64,000 nt of DNA from Longimicrobiales bacterium (GCA_965116905.1 OZ220732.1:480001-544000), one strand, 5' to 3'. Positions 39,782-49,358 are shown, counted from the first letter of the stretch. Program-made: numbers and translations. The notes: generated by a model not told the origin, from the sequence alone.

Positions 39782-40171
39782 TCATTCTACCACCTGGATC
39801 GGTCCCGGATACCGCCCCACAACTTCATCCATGGTCCACAGCGTGATCCCCTCCACTTGCGCCTGCGCGACGAGCATTCGGTCGAACCGGTCCCGGTGGA
39901 TCTCGGGGAGCAAGTCCACGGCAGCCACGTGAGCCCCGGTTACCGGCAACTCGGAGTAGCCGTTATCGAGCAGCCCGCGGCGGAGCAGCCGGGGGTCCGC
40001 CGTGAAATCGGTGCGCCCAAGCCCGCTCTTGATGGCAACCTCCCAGAGGGACGCAGCGCTGTACACCGGTTCTGACGCAGAATCGTCCAGGAACTCGCGC
40101 ACCGCGGGCGGCAACCGGTCGGGGAGCCCCGCAGCCCACAGCAGAAGGTGCGTGTCGAGGAGAACAGTCAC
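39782..40171 (-). CDS. vapC: VapC-family PIN toxin
   Basis: LLDTHLLLW, SAASLWEVAIK and HRDRFDRMLVAQA motifs. Confidence 0.92.
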   Translation of the reverse strand: MTVLLDTHLLLWAAGLPDRLPPAVREFLDDSASEPVYSAASLWEVAIKSGLGRTDFTADPRLLRRGLLDNGYSELPVTGAHVAAVDLLPEIHRDRFDRMLVAQAQVEGITLWTMDEVVGRYPGPIQVVE

Positions 40172-40413
40172 TCTCCGTCCTTGAAAGTCGCCAGGATTTC
40201 CTGGGCTCCCATCGTGCCAAAGTCGTCGGGCACCGAGATCCGGCCTCGCATGAATCCCGTGCGCCGGACCGCCTCCGGCTCGGGAGCCTCGACCGACACC
40301 ACCTTCACCAGTGGCTTTCCCGATCGCGCGATGATGAAGGGATCACCGGCCACGGCCTCGCGGATCAGCCTGGAGAGGTGGGTCTTGGCTTCATGCATGT
40401 TGTAGGTGCGCAT
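40168..40413 (-). CDS. Phd/YefM-family antitoxin
   Basis: NMHEAKTHLSRL..GDPFIIARSGKP; 4-bp overlap with vapC. Confidence 0.92.
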   Translation of the reverse strand: MRTYNMHEAKTHLSRLIREAVAGDPFIIARSGKPLVKVVSVEAPEPEAVRRTGFMRGRISVPDDFGTMGAQEILATFKDGE

Positions 40414-40451
40414 AGACGGCCCCACGTCAGGATTAGTTTAGTTCAATAAAC

Positions 40452-40859
40452 TTAGTCCACATTTCGCGCCTGCGCCACCCGAGGCGATCCGCCGACAGCC
40501 GCGAGGTGGTCGAAGTCCGAATCGGCCGACTCCAGATCCGCACCGTGGTGGAGGGCGCAGGCGGCGACCAGGACATCGGTTGCCGGGGCGGTCACTCCCC
40601 GCGCGCGTGCCTGGGTCGTCAGCTCGTACGCCTTGCTCCAGACCTCACTGTCGATCGCCAGCTCGGGGAGGACGCGAGCGAACTCCCGCAGCACACTTCG
40701 TTCGTGCGCTCCCCGGGCGCCGTTCCAGAGTTCGAGCTGGACCAGCGGGCACCAGCAGGCTTCGCCGCTTTCGAGCGCGGCCTCAACGCGCGCATGAACT
40801 CCGGGATCGCCATCTGGCCGAAGGAAGTGGATCCAGGACGAAGTATCGACGAGAAGCAA
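40452..40859 (-). CDS. vapC: VapC-family PIN toxin
   Basis: LVDTSSWI, ELWNG, DVLVAACA and DSDF motifs. Confidence 0.9.
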   Translation of the reverse strand: MLLVDTSSWIHFLRPDGDPGVHARVEAALESGEACWCPLVQLELWNGARGAHERSVLREFARVLPELAIDSEVWSKAYELTTQARARGVTAPATDVLVAACALHHGADLESADSDFDHLAAVGGSPRVAQARNVD

Positions 40860-40863
40860 TGCC

Positions 40864-41067
40864 TCAGCTCCGCCGCCGGGCGGCTCGGATCTCTTCCGCC
40901 GTGGCCAGGTCGGAGCACGTCCCGCCGAACCTGGTCAGTTCCGCCATCCGCATGCGCCGGTTGAAGTACACGATGGCTCCCACGATGGCTTCGCGCTTGG
41001 TCTTCGCGTTTGTGAAGCGGATCGCATCCGCCAGTTCCTGATCTGGAATATCAACAGTGGTTTTCAT
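40864..41067 (-). CDS. vapB: VapB-family (RHH) antitoxin
   Basis: MKTTVDIPDQEL..A....AKTKREAI; immediately upstream of a PIN gene. Confidence 0.85.
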   Translation of the reverse strand: MKTTVDIPDQELADAIRFTNAKTKREAIVGAIVYFNRRMRMAELTRFGGTCSDLATAEEIRAARRRS

Positions 41068-41073
41068 TATTCC

Positions 41074-41102
41074 ACGATAGTAACTATTAGAATATCAATC
41101 AA
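41074..41102 (-). promoter_or_regulatory. Putative sigma70 promoter and operator of vapBC (likely leaderless)
   Basis: Minus strand TTGATT-17 nt-TATCGT ending 6 nt before the ATG; overlapping ATAGT-N-ACTAT palindrome. Confidence 0.5.
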
Positions 41103-41211
41103 TCGCGCGGATAATCCAATGAGTCTGTTGGCTTGCATCCTTCTCTTGGTGTCAGGCAGGTCCTCAATACCTCTCCTGGGCACCCTGTCTTTGAGCCCCA
41201 GGAGGTCGATG

Positions 41212-41499
41212 TCACGCCGCCACGAAGCGCTCAACCGCGATTTCCCCGGCGCTCTCGCGGGCCTGCCACAGATCGTATGCCATCTGCATTCCCAGCCAGG
41301 TCTCCGGCGTCGATCCGAACGCCTTCGACAACCGGATGGCCATCTCGACCGAGATCCCCGTGTGACCGTTTAACAATTCGGACAACGCCTGCCGGGTGAC
41401 ACCCAACCCCTCGGCCGCCCGAGTCACGGTCAACCCCAGCGGTTCGAGGCACTGCCGCCTCACGATGCCCCCGGGATGCGGCGGGTCGTGCATGGCCAT
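41212..41499 (-). CDS. higA: HigA-family antitoxin (Xre HTH)
   Basis: PPHPG, LGVTRQALSELLNG, ISVEMAIRLSKAFGSTPETWLGMQMAYDL motifs. Confidence 0.93.
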   Translation of the reverse strand: MAMHDPPHPGGIVRRQCLEPLGLTVTRAAEGLGVTRQALSELLNGHTGISVEMAIRLSKAFGSTPETWLGMQMAYDLWQARESAGEIAVERFVAA

Positions 41500-41510
41500 G
41501 ATTGGCCTCC

Positions 41511-41594
41511 TCAGTGATAGTCCACGTAATCCACATCGACCGCAGCGCCGTCTTCGAAGCGGAAGGTTACGCGCCAGTTGCCGGAAACCGACAC
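41511..41594 (-). pseudogene. higB: 3' remnant of higB (RelE-like killer toxin)
   Basis: Reads VSVSGNWRVTFRFEDGAAVDVDYVDYH*, the typical HigB C-terminus; in-frame TGA at about 41616-41618. Confidence 0.85.
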
Positions 41595-41669
41595 CGCGTC
41601 TACGCCTGTCGCCTGTCAAGTGACAACCTGCGAAGACGGCCACCCACGCGACCCCGCGCCCGAAGCTAC

Positions 41670-43367
41670 TCACCCCTCCCAGGTCACCCGTCCCCCCGCC
41701 ACCGTCCGCAGCACCGGGATCTCCTTGATCGCGTCCGGGTCCGCGTCGTGCGGGTCCGCAGCCAATACCACGAAGTCCGCCAGCTTGCCGGCCGTCACCG
41801 ATCCCTTGATGTCCTCTTCGAACGACGCGTACGCGCCGCCCATCGTGCAGATCCGCATCGCCTCGGGCACGGTGATCCGCTGTCTCGGTCCCCACACGCG
41901 CCCGTCGAAGTCCTTTCGAGTGACCATGCTCTGGATCGCCATCAGCGGCTCGTAGGGCCCGGGCGTGTAGTCCGACGCCGGCGCCACCGGAATCTCGTAG
42001 TCCAGGAACGACCGGTGGGCGAACATCCACTCCATCTTCTCCGGCCCGTACTCGACCCACTTGTTCCCATGGTAGTGGGCGTAGGTATAGAAGGGCGTCG
42101 GCACCGCCCCGGCGGCCTTGATCCGCGCGAGAAGGTCGGGATTCACAAGCGAGCAGTGTTCAATACGATGCCTCGGGTCCGGCCTCGGCCACAGCTCCTG
42201 GACACGCTCGTACGCGTCCAGCACCATGCCGATCGTGACGTCGCCGTTGGCGTGGATGCCGACCTGCCACCCCGAGCGGTGCGCCACCTCGACGACGTCG
42301 TGGATGGAGTCCGGCGTCATGGTGAGAATGCCGTAGTCGTCGGGACGCCCGACGTACGGCGTGCTCATGCGCATGGTGCGTTCCGACGCCGAGCCGTCCG
42401 CCCCGTACTTGACCCCGCCGACGCGCAGCCACTCGTCGCCCAATCCGGTCGAGACGCCGGCCTGGCGCATGTCCTCGTAGGCGCCGCGCATCATCATGTA
42501 CACGCGGCAGCTCAGCTCGCCGTTGCGGTAGGCGGCACTGTACGCCCGCACGCTGTTGGACGACGTGCCCGCGTCGTGGAACGACGTCAGCCCCGCCTGC
42601 GCCATCAGCTCGGTGATGAGCTTGACGCCGGCGCGGCGGTCGTCGTCCGTGTGCGTGCTGGGGATCAGCGACGAGAAGACGTAGTTGGCGCGCTCCGCGA
42701 CCAGGCCGGTCAGCTCCCCATCCTCGCGGTCGAACCTGCCGCCGAACGGGTCAGGCGTCTCGGCCGTGATGCCCGCCGCCGCGAATGCCCGCGAGTTGTA
42801 GACGCTGGTGTGCCCGCCCCGGTGCCCCACCACCGCCGGGTGGTCCGGCACGGCGTCGTCCAGGTCCAGACGGTTGAGCGGCCGTCCCTCTGCCAACTTG
42901 GTGTCGTCGTACTTGAAGCCCTGGATCCATTCGCCGGGCGGCGTCTCGCGGGCCCGCGCGGCCATGCGGTCCTTGATCTCGGCGATGCTGCGCACGTCGA
43001 CGTTCACGTCCTTGAGCTCCCGCACGCCCGCACCCGCTGGGTGGGTGTGCGCGTCGATGAAGCCCGGCGTGATCACCGCGGACCCGTGGTCGAAGACCTG
43101 CGTGCCGGCCCCGCGGAGTGCCTCGATGTCGCCACGCGAGCCGACCGCCATGAAGCGGCCGTCCTTCACCGCGAACGACTCGGCCACGGGATTGTCGTCG
43201 TCCATCGTGTGGATGACGCGCCCGTGGACGATCAGGTCGGCCGTGGTCGCCGCGGACCCGTCGGTGCGAAGGACGACACCCGGGCCATCTCCGCAACCGG
43301 CCAGGAATCCGGCGCCGACGGTGCCCGTGGCCGCCCCCAGGAATTGGCCCCTCGTCAGTGACTTCAT
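41670..43367 (-). CDS. Amidohydrolase-3 family lipoprotein
   Basis: PGFIDAHTH, HANGD, HRIEHCS and GKLADFVVL motifs; N-terminal Tat-like signal with LAGC. Confidence 0.9.
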   Translation of the reverse strand: MKSLTRGQFLGAATGTVGAGFLAGCGDGPGVVLRTDGSAATTADLIVHGRVIHTMDDDNPVAESFAVKDGRFMAVGSRGDIEALRGAGTQVFDHGSAVITPGFIDAHTHPAGAGVRELKDVNVDVRSIAEIKDRMAARARETPPGEWIQGFKYDDTKLAEGRPLNRLDLDDAVPDHPAVVGHRGGHTSVYNSRAFAAAGITAETPDPFGGRFDREDGELTGLVAERANYVFSSLIPSTHTDDDRRAGVKLITELMAQAGLTSFHDAGTSSNSVRAYSAAYRNGELSCRVYMMMRGAYEDMRQAGVSTGLGDEWLRVGGVKYGADGSASERTMRMSTPYVGRPDDYGILTMTPDSIHDVVEVAHRSGWQVGIHANGDVTIGMVLDAYERVQELWPRPDPRHRIEHCSLVNPDLLARIKAAGAVPTPFYTYAHYHGNKWVEYGPEKMEWMFAHRSFLDYEIPVAPASDYTPGPYEPLMAIQSMVTRKDFDGRVWGPRQRITVPEAMRICTMGGAYASFEEDIKGSVTAGKLADFVVLAADPHDADPDAIKEIPVLRTVAGGRVTWEG

Positions 43368-43403
43368 GCGTTCCTCCTGCCTCCCCGCCCGCCATCGACG
43401 GGC

Positions 43404-43456
43404 GCTCTCGGTCCTGCCTGACTCAGCTCTCGGTCCTGCCAGACTCAGCTCTCGGT
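43404..43456. repeat. 22-bp intergenic tandem repeat (2.4 copies)
   Basis: gctctcggtcctgcc(t/a)gactca twice, plus gctctcggt. Confidence 0.88.
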
Positions 43457-43461
43457 TCCGA

Positions 43462-44274
43462 CTACCTCACCCGATCCCCGATGCGGCTTCCCCGCACCTC
43501 GGTGATCCACGGAAAGGGCCGGAACGAATCCCGGTCGTAGGAGAAGTAAATAAACGCCACCCGGCCCTTGAACCGCCAGCCTTCGAGCAGTCCCCAGCTC
43601 CGCGAGTCCAGGCTGTCGTCGCGGTTGTCGCCGAGCATGAAGTAGTGGTCCGGCGGGACCGCGAGGGGGCCCCAGTCGTCCCAGGTCGGCCGGTAGTCCT
43701 CCGTGGACCCGCCAACCAGATGGGCGTGCTGCCACGACATGTCCGGGTGTTGGTCGTCGCGGGGGCCAGCCGTGACCACGTAGGGCTCCTCCTGCGCCTC
43801 TCCGTTCAGGTACAGCACCTTGTCGCGCATCTCGAGCGTGTCGCCTGGCACGCCGACGACCCGCTTCACCAGGGTCATGTTCTCTTCGTGATGCGGGTCG
43901 AAGACCAGGATGTCCCGCCGCCGCGGCTCCGAGTAGCCGGGAATGCGGACGTCCGTGAAGGGAATCCGGGGACCGATCGCGAGCTTGTTGACGGCCAGAA
44001 AGTCGCCCACGAGCAGGGTGTTCTCCATGGACCCCGAGTCGATCACGTAGTTGCCCATCAGGAAGACCCGGATGAACAGGACGATGGCGGCCAGCGTGGC
44101 TACGTAACGGACCGATCCGAACAGTCCGCCGCGTCGTCCCGTCTCACGCGGCGCGCCCGCGCCCTTCTTCGCGCCCGCGACATTCTTCGCGCTGTCCCTC
44201 GTGGCGCTTCCCCGCTTCGCACGCGTGCCTTTCCCGGCGCTCCCCCGCTTCGCCCTGCGTCCCCTGCGGCCCAT
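43462..44274 (-). CDS. lepB: Signal peptidase I
   Basis: SGSMENTLLVGD (catalytic Ser), LVKRVVGVPGD (Lys) and GDNRDDSLDSR motifs. Confidence 0.93.
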   Translation of the reverse strand: MGRRGRRAKRGSAGKGTRAKRGSATRDSAKNVAGAKKGAGAPRETGRRGGLFGSVRYVATLAAIVLFIRVFLMGNYVIDSGSMENTLLVGDFLAVNKLAIGPRIPFTDVRIPGYSEPRRRDILVFDPHHEENMTLVKRVVGVPGDTLEMRDKVLYLNGEAQEEPYVVTAGPRDDQHPDMSWQHAHLVGGSTEDYRPTWDDWGPLAVPPDHYFMLGDNRDDSLDSRSWGLLEGWRFKGRVAFIYFSYDRDSFRPFPWITEVRGSRIGDRVR

Positions 44275-44284
44275 CCCGCGCCCG

Positions 44285-45796
44285 TCAGCCTCCGCGTGCC
44301 GCCCGCGTGAACGGGCCACCCACCACGCGCTTCACATCGTCCATTTCGGCCCCCGCTCCGGGCGGCGGCTGCGTCACGAGGCTCACGGCAATCGTTACGG
44401 CGAACCCGACCGCAAACCCCGGGATCATCTCGTACAGGTCGTAGACGTGCTCCTTCACCAGCAGCACCCAGAGCACCGCCGTAGCGAAACCCGCGATCAT
44501 GCCCGCGAGCGCGCCCGCGCGGGTCGTCCCCCGCCAGAAGAGCGAGCACAGCACGACCGGGGTAAACGCCGACGCCAGCCCCGACCACGCGAACAACACG
44601 AACCAGAAGATCATGCGGCTTTCGGGCAGCGCCACCGCCAGTCCCCCGAGCCCGATCACCACCGTCAGCCCGCGGCCGATCAGCGCCAGGCGTCGGTCCG
44701 AAAAGTCCGGCCGGAACACCTTCTGCACCGTGTCCCGGACCACCGCCGACGAGGCCAGGATCAGCAGCGAGTCCACCGTCGACATGATCGCCGCCAGCAC
44801 GACCACCAGGATCACGCCCGCGACGATCGCCGGGAACAGCTCCGTCGACATCACCGGCAGCACCGTCTCGGGGTCGCCCAGCCCCGGAAACAGGACGCGC
44901 CCGGCCACGCCGGTTAGCACGGCCCCGATGTCGAAGACGATGATGCAGGCCACCGCGATCACTCCGCCCTCCGAAATCTGCCCCCGGTCTCGCGCCGACA
45001 TGAACCGGGTCAGCAACTGCGGCGCCCCCAGGAACGCGAGGCCGATCCCCACGAAGCTTATCGCGCTCATCACGCCCATCACCGACATCCCGTGCTCGCC
45101 CATGGGCCTGAGTAGCGCCGGATCCGCCGCGCCGATCGCCGCCATGGTCTCGCTCCATCCGCCGGCCTGCCAGATCCCCACGATCGGCAGCACGAGCAGG
45201 CACAGGAACATGAGCACGCCCTGCAGGACGTCGCTGTACGCCACCGCCTTGAAGCCGCCGATGCTCGTGTAGACGAAGATCACGGCAGCGCCGATCAGCA
45301 CGCCCCCCTCGTAGCTCGTGCCCAGAAACGACGAGAACGCCTTCCCCGAGGCGGTGAGCTGCGCGGCGGTATACGCCCACACCATGCTGAAGATGATCAG
45401 CGCGCTCACGATCCGGATCGCGTGCGCGGGGTCCCTGAAGCGGTCGGAGAGGTAGTCGGGCACCGTGATCGCGTCGTAGCGGTCGGTGTACTCCTTGAAC
45501 GGCCGCGCGACCAGCGTCCACGCGAGCGCCACCCCGATCACCTCGCCGAGGACGACCCACAGGGCATGGAACCCCACGAGATAGCCCATGCCCGTCAGCC
45601 CCAGCAGCAGCCACCCGCTCTCGCCGGTCGTGTTCGACGAAAACGCGATCACCCACGACGGCAGCTTCTTCCCCGCCAGGTAGAACCCAGACACGGAACG
45701 GCTCTCGCGACTCGCCCACCATCCGATCCCGATGAGGATCGCGAAGTAGAAGACGAGGACGCCGACAATCGCCCCGCTGGCGCCTGCGTCACCCAC
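44285..45796 (-). CDS. putP: Sodium/proline (SSS-family) symporter
   Basis: FYLAGKKL, ESGWLLLGLTG, GGFKAVAYSD, GAPQLLTRFM and LAAIMSTVDSLL motifs. Confidence 0.85.
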   Translation of the reverse strand: MGDAGASGAIVGVLVFYFAILIGIGWWASRESRSVSGFYLAGKKLPSWVIAFSSNTTGESGWLLLGLTGMGYLVGFHALWVVLGEVIGVALAWTLVARPFKEYTDRYDAITVPDYLSDRFRDPAHAIRIVSALIIFSMVWAYTAAQLTASGKAFSSFLGTSYEGGVLIGAAVIFVYTSIGGFKAVAYSDVLQGVLMFLCLLVLPIVGIWQAGGWSETMAAIGAADPALLRPMGEHGMSVMGVMSAISFVGIGLAFLGAPQLLTRFMSARDRGQISEGGVIAVACIIVFDIGAVLTGVAGRVLFPGLGDPETVLPVMSTELFPAIVAGVILVVVLAAIMSTVDSLLILASSAVVRDTVQKVFRPDFSDRRLALIGRGLTVVIGLGGLAVALPESRMIFWFVLFAWSGLASAFTPVVLCSLFWRGTTRAGALAGMIAGFATAVLWVLLVKEHVYDLYEMIPGFAVGFAVTIAVSLVTQPPPGAGAEMDDVKRVVGGPFTRAARGG

Positions 45797-45926
45797 GGCT
45801 GTCGCCGCTTTGCTGTCCGCGATCCGCGCCGGCGTGCACCTTGTACGCCGCCACGACCAGCACCAGACCCGGCAGCGTGCTCACCACCATCAGGAGCCAG
45901 ATGCCGAGGGGGAGGCCGGCGATCAT
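45789..45926 (-). CDS. Small single-TM protein preceding the SSS transporter
   Basis: MIAGLPLGIWLLMVVSTLPGLVLVVAAY; overlaps the symporter start. Confidence 0.6.
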   Translation of the reverse strand: MIAGLPLGIWLLMVVSTLPGLVLVVAAYKVHAGADRGQQSGDSRG

Positions 45927-45945
45927 CGCGGTGCCGATCCGGCGA

Positions 45946-47259
45946 TCACCGGGCCGCCTCGACCGACGCACAGGCCCGGCCCAGGCGCCCGATCACCTCG
46001 TCGACCTCGCCCTTCGAGATCAGCAGCGAAGGCCCCAGCCGGATCACGTGGCCGTGCAGTCCCCCGATCCCGATCAGGAGGCCCTCATCCCTGGCGGCGT
46101 TCAGCAGCATGCCCGCCAGGCGCGGCGCCGGCTCCTTCGTGACCGGGTCCTCGACGAGTTCCAGCGCCTGCATGAGCCCCAACCCGCGCACCTCGCCGAT
46201 CCAGTGGTGCGTGGCCGCCAGGCCGTCGAGGGCGGCGCGGAACTGCTCGCCGCGCTTGCTGGCCCGGGTCCGCACGTCTTCCGCGCGCATGACGTCCAGC
46301 GCGGCCACCATGGCGGCCATGCACACCGGGTTGCCCCCGAAGGTGGACAGCGTCTTCCCGCGCCAGTTGCCCGCGATCTCGTCGGTGGTGATGGTGGCGC
46401 CCACGGGCATGCCCCCCGCGATCCCCTTGGCCATGACCATGATGTCGGGCACGACGTCCCAGTGCTCGATCCCGAACCAGCGGCCACCCGTGCGTCCGAA
46501 CCCGGCCTGCACCTCGTCCGAGATGAAGACGCCGCCGTACGAACGAATGATCTCCGCCATTCGCTGGAAGTAGCCCTTCGGCGGCACGATATAGCCGCCG
46601 ACACCCTGGATCGTCTCGGCGATGAAGGCGGCGGGACGCCCGTTCGTCGTCGTCTCGATCACTTCGATCAGGTCGCGCGCGTAGATCTCGACCAGTTCCT
46701 CGTCGCTGCAGGCCCCGAATGGAGCGCGGTACGGGTACGGCGAGAGCGCATGCGTGATCCCGGTCACCGTGCTGGGAAGGACGCGCCACGGGGCGTGCGC
46801 GGTGGCCGAGATGGCCGAGCTGGTGCGGCCGTGGTACGCCTGGCGCAGCGCGATGATCTCGGTGCGGCCCGTGTGCAGCCGCGCGGCCTGCAGCGCGGTC
46901 TCGATCGCCTCCGCGCCGCTGTTCAGAAAGAAGGTCCGGGTAAGGCCGCCCGGCGCGATCCCGGCCAGGGACCGCGCCGCCTCGACCTGACGTTCGTTGA
47001 CGTACAGCGTCGAAGTGTGCCCCAGGCGGGCCGCCTGTTCCTGCACGGCCCCGACCACCGCGGGATGGCAGTGGCCCAGCGAGGTGGTCAGGATCCCCGC
47101 GAAGGCATCCAGGTACTCCCGCCCGTCGGCATCCTCCACCCAGCACCCCTTGCCCTCGGCGATCGCCACCGGCTCCGCGTACAGAGGCGTCACGCAGTCG
47201 AAGATGTACTTCCGCTGCTCTGCGAAGATCCCGGCCCCTCGGCTTGCCACTGCTTCCAT
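45946..47259 (-). CDS. Class III aminotransferase (AGXT2 / beta-alanine-pyruvate-like)
   Basis: NSGAEA, YHGRT, ETIQGVGG, DEVQAGFGRTG, MAKG and STFGGNP motifs. Confidence 0.9.
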   Translation of the reverse strand: MEAVASRGAGIFAEQRKYIFDCVTPLYAEPVAIAEGKGCWVEDADGREYLDAFAGILTTSLGHCHPAVVGAVQEQAARLGHTSTLYVNERQVEAARSLAGIAPGGLTRTFFLNSGAEAIETALQAARLHTGRTEIIALRQAYHGRTSSAISATAHAPWRVLPSTVTGITHALSPYPYRAPFGACSDEELVEIYARDLIEVIETTTNGRPAAFIAETIQGVGGYIVPPKGYFQRMAEIIRSYGGVFISDEVQAGFGRTGGRWFGIEHWDVVPDIMVMAKGIAGGMPVGATITTDEIAGNWRGKTLSTFGGNPVCMAAMVAALDVMRAEDVRTRASKRGEQFRAALDGLAATHHWIGEVRGLGLMQALELVEDPVTKEPAPRLAGMLLNAARDEGLLIGIGGLHGHVIRLGPSLLISKGEVDEVIGRLGRACASVEAAR

Positions 47260-47279
47260 GTGCTCTGTCCCGTGTTGGT

Positions 47280-48740
47280 CTACCACCTCGAAATCACCAC
47301 CCGCTGGTCGGTGAAGAACGAAACCGCGTCGCGGCCCTGTGCCTTGAGGTCGCCGTAGAACGAGTTGCGGGTGCCGCCGAAGGGGAAGAACGCCATCGGT
47401 GCGGCGACCCCGATGTTGATCCCGATCATCGAGATCCCCGCACGGTAGCGGAACTCCCGCGCGGCGCGGCCAGAGTTGGTGAAGATCGACGCGGCGTTGC
47501 CGTAGCGGCTGCCGGCCAGCATCTCCAGCGCGGCCTCCAGGCTCGGCGTCCGCGCCAGCCCGGCGACCGGGCCGAACACCTCTTCGCGGCCAATCGGCAT
47601 CGCGGGCGTGACGTCCTCGAAGACGGTGGGGCCGACCCAGTGGCCGCGCGGGTACCCGGGCACCTTCGCGCCGCGGCCGTCCATGAGCAGTCGCGCGCCG
47701 TCGCGCTCGCCCTCGTCGATGAACGACGTGACCCGGTCGCGGTGCGCTCCGGATATCACCGGGCCCATGTCCACGCCGTCGTCCAGACCCCGCCCCACCT
47801 TGAGCGACGCGGCCCCGTCGAGGATGCCCTCGCGCATCGGCCCGTACGCGTCCCCCACCCCCACCACCACCGACCCAGCCAGGCAACGCTGCCCCGCGGA
47901 CCCGAACACCGAGCCCACGACCGCTTCGGCCACCATCTCCGGATCGGCGTCGGGCAGCACGATCATGTGGTTCTTGGCACCGCCCAGCGCCTGCACCCGC
48001 TTCCCGGCGAGCGCGGCCCGCTCGTAGATGACCTTCGCCACCTGGCTTGACCCCACGAACGACACGCCCGCCACGTCGGGGTGGTCGATCAGCGCCTCCA
48101 CCGTCCCCTTGCGGCCGTGCACCACGTTGAGCACGCCCGGCGGCAGCCCCGCCTGCTCGGCAAGTTCGACCACGCGCTGGTGCGTGAGCGGGTCCTGTTC
48201 GCTCGGCTTGAGCACCACCGTGTTCCCCGCGGCGACCGCGTAGGGCCAGAACCACAGCGGAATCATGACGGGGAAGTTGTACGGGGTGATCACCGCGAAC
48301 ACCCCGATCGGCTGCCGCCATGTCGCGCAGTCCACGCCGCGGGCCACATCCTCCAGGGCATCGCCCATCATCAGGGTGGGCATGCCGGCGGCGTGCTCGA
48401 CGTTCTCGATGCCGCGCTGCACCTCGCCCCACGTCTCCGCCACGTTCTTGCCGTGCTCGCGCGAGAGGCGCACCGCGAGGTCGTCGTGGTGCTCGTTCAA
48501 CAGCGCCTTGAGGCGGAACAGCACGCGCGCACGCTCCACGACGGGGGTGCGCCGCCAGGACGGGAAGGCCGCAACGGCTGCCGCGACCGCGCGGTCCACG
48601 TCGGCCCGGCCCGAGAGGGGCACGGCGCCAAGCGTCTCTCCGGTCGCCGGGTCCGTGACCGCGAACTTCTCGCAGGCGTCCCCTGGCAGCCACTCTCCGG
48701 CTACGTAATTGGCGGCGAGGCCGCGTGAGGTGGTCGGCAT
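47280..48740 (-). CDS. mmsA: CoA-acylating (methyl)malonate-semialdehyde dehydrogenase
   Basis: PYNFPVMIPLW, LKPSE, ALGGAKNH, GQRCLA and GINIGVAAPMAFFPFGG motifs. Confidence 0.92.
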   Translation of the reverse strand: MPTTSRGLAANYVAGEWLPGDACEKFAVTDPATGETLGAVPLSGRADVDRAVAAAVAAFPSWRRTPVVERARVLFRLKALLNEHHDDLAVRLSREHGKNVAETWGEVQRGIENVEHAAGMPTLMMGDALEDVARGVDCATWRQPIGVFAVITPYNFPVMIPLWFWPYAVAAGNTVVLKPSEQDPLTHQRVVELAEQAGLPPGVLNVVHGRKGTVEALIDHPDVAGVSFVGSSQVAKVIYERAALAGKRVQALGGAKNHMIVLPDADPEMVAEAVVGSVFGSAGQRCLAGSVVVGVGDAYGPMREGILDGAASLKVGRGLDDGVDMGPVISGAHRDRVTSFIDEGERDGARLLMDGRGAKVPGYPRGHWVGPTVFEDVTPAMPIGREEVFGPVAGLARTPSLEAALEMLAGSRYGNAASIFTNSGRAAREFRYRAGISMIGINIGVAAPMAFFPFGGTRNSFYGDLKAQGRDAVSFFTDQRVVISRW

Positions 48741-48744
48741 TCTC

Positions 48745-49221
48745 CTACACCTCCTCGGAAGTCGCAGCGGCCATGCCGACGATGCGCTCGTATTCCGCCT
48801 CGGTCACCGGCTGTACGGAAAGGCGGCTGCGGTTCACCAGGACCATCTCGGCGAGCTCGGGCGTGGCGCGAATCTGCGGAAGGCTCACCTCGCGCGCGAA
48901 CTTCTCGACGAAGCGGACGTCGACCATGAACCAGCGGGGGTTCTCGTCGGTCGCCTTGGGGTCGAAGTACTTGCTGTCCGGGTCGAACTGCGTGTGGTCG
49001 GGGTAGGACTCGCGGCAGACTTCGGCGATCCCGGCGACGCCGGGGGGCTTGGCGTTGGAGTGGTAATAGAGGACGCGGTCGCCGATGCGCATCCTGTCAC
49101 GCATGAGGTTGCGGGCGGCGTAGTTGCGGACGCCGTCCCAGTAGGTCGTGCCGTCGCGCTCGAGATCGTCGATCGAGTAGACGTAGGGTTCGCTCTTCAT
49201 GAGCCAGTACTGGCGGGCCAT
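48745..49221 (-). CDS. EVE-domain protein
   Basis: YWLMKSEP, WDGVRNYAARN, YYHSN and RSRLSVQPV motifs. Confidence 0.95.
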   Translation of the reverse strand: MARQYWLMKSEPYVYSIDDLERDGTTYWDGVRNYAARNLMRDRMRIGDRVLYYHSNAKPPGVAGIAEVCRESYPDHTQFDPDSKYFDPKATDENPRWFMVDVRFVEKFAREVSLPQIRATPELAEMVLVNRSRLSVQPVTEAEYERIVGMAAATSEEV

Positions 49222-49358
49222 CGGAGTCCTCTGAGGCGTGGGCGGGGGCGTGGGCCCGGTGTGCGGGCCGAGTGTGGGGGCCGGGTTCGGGGGCTTGTGG
49301 ACGCCCCAAGATACAACGCGGCGGGGCGGCGCGCCGGGTGGGTGGTCGATATTGAGAC

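Noticed and set aside
41068..41210. Short open frame between higA and vapB
   Set aside because: It has no convincing start or RBS and no recognisable motif, and it overlaps the vapB promoter.
43404..43456. 22-bp repeats as a mini-CRISPR
   Set aside because: The units are contiguous with no spacers, and there are no cas genes.
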